Below are positions 63,773-64,000 of a DNA stretch of 64,000 bases, in pieces. The number at the start of each line of letters is the position of its first letter. Position 1 is the first letter of the stretch. Source of the stretch: the human T2T-CHM13v2.0 reference genome, Homo sapiens; assembly GCF_009914755.1 (NCBI RefSeq), contig NC_060947.1, one strand, 5' to 3'. Position numbers and translations under genes: made by a program. Below the pieces are notes generated by a model, which was given only the letters and a program-made list of their open reading frames with translations, searched no databases and was not told the origin of the DNA.

Positions 63773-64000
63773 AGCTACATGGGGAAAATGTTCTATGGTC
63801 AAATAAGTTAGGGAAACGCTGTGTTTTTAAAATAAGATGAAAAAGAGTTGGGATGTTGGAGGTGGTCGGGGGGTGTCAATTAATCTTTTGAAAGATGTGA
63901 GACAGGTCTCAGAGCCTTTAGTGAGTATGTCCATCTTGAATACAGTTGGGAGGCATAGTATGTGAAATGATGTTTTCTGACTCTTTTTCACCATGCTATT

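Overview
Primate (probably human) non-coding DNA. It is CpG-depleted, has no CpG island, and contains no protein-coding gene, RNA gene or processed pseudogene that I can support. The window is a dense mosaic of decayed interspersed repeats: two L1PB-type LINEs tail-to-tail at the left end, older L1 and L2 remnants, seven Alus (J and S types), many MIRs, many solo LTRs (MaLR MLT1/MSTA, MLT2, and a conspicuous cluster of ERVL LTR33/LTR16-like copies) and DNA-transposon fossils (MER5, MER3, MER2/Tigger3, MER102, MER113, MER91-like). Microsatellites and long homopyrimidine tracts are also present. The only ORFs with recognisable protein similarity are broken LINE-1 ORF2 fragments; the rest are repeat-derived or low-complexity artefacts. 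I found no supportable novel biological system. The best leads are small structural events visible in the sequence: a ~90-bp locally templated insertion, a near-perfect 53-bp tandem duplication, an inverted MER2-in-Tigger3 nesting, an inverted L1 pair, and a 620-bp pyrimidine tract with an internal 108-bp duplication next to a G4 motif. There is also one candidate minus-strand 37-nt exon and several repeat-free, motif-rich segments that may be enhancers. Repeat subfamily names come from recalled consensus sequences, and boundaries without TSDs are approximate; RepeatMasker/Dfam is needed to confirm them.
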